Shown here: positions 63,847 to 64,000 of the stretch, piece by piece
Position numbering within the stretch: position 1 is the first letter of the stretch
Layout: each line of letters opens with the position of its first letter
Assembly: GCF_964194025.1 (NCBI RefSeq)
Contig: NC_134469.1
Location: 70,556,001-70,620,000, forward strand
Reading direction: 5' to 3'
Origin: Convolutriloba macropyga
Lineage: Eukaryota
DNA length: 64,000 nucleotides
Notes under the pieces: model-generated
The model's database searches: none
What the model saw: only the letters and a program-made list of their open reading frames with translations
Told to the model about the DNA's origin: nothing
Made by a program: the position numbers and the translations under genes

Positions 63847-64000
63847 TTTAATAGCTGCCCTCATCTTCTCAGCCGGCTATTATAGCGCTCCTATTTTTTT
63901 TTACTTCGTCGAAATTTTTTTTCGCTTTACCCATTTTGCCGCTTTTTCGACATTTTGCGTGAAATCTTTTTGACTTCTCTGGGCTAGTTTCACTCTTCTG
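63847..64000 (+). mobile_element. Probable 5' end of another HINE-like element (truncated by window edge)
   Basis: TTTAATAGCTG...CGGCTATTA short 5' inverted repeat followed by GCGCTC and a T tract, like 61985-62040. Confidence 0.4.

Overview
AT-rich eukaryotic (metazoan invertebrate) DNA with two assembly gaps (4726-4979, 13388-14108). The first ~28.8 kb is mostly decayed mobile DNA: several CR1/L2-like LINE remnants, a Penelope-like remnant, a Polinton/adintovirus capsid-module remnant, tRNA pseudogenes and MITE-like repeats. It also holds one young, uninterrupted RTE-clade LINE whose reverse transcriptase carries an unusual ~190-aa in-frame insertion (KOW-like motif plus two C2HC zinc fingers) between RT motifs 6 and 7. 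Two large tandem arrays follow (~890 bp x8 plus a terminal partial copy at 28851-36600; ~875 bp x15 at 42939-55814). Each looks like an amplified, internally deleted derivative of a longer parent segment that still sits beside it. Host genes: a partly resolved spliced USF-like bHLH-ZIP gene, an intronless INTS11, and a spliced MBD2/3-like gene whose MBD has lost the methyl-CpG-contacting residues. A Helentron-associated (DINE-1/HINE-like) family appears up to four times. All homology calls come from recognising motifs by eye, not from database searches.
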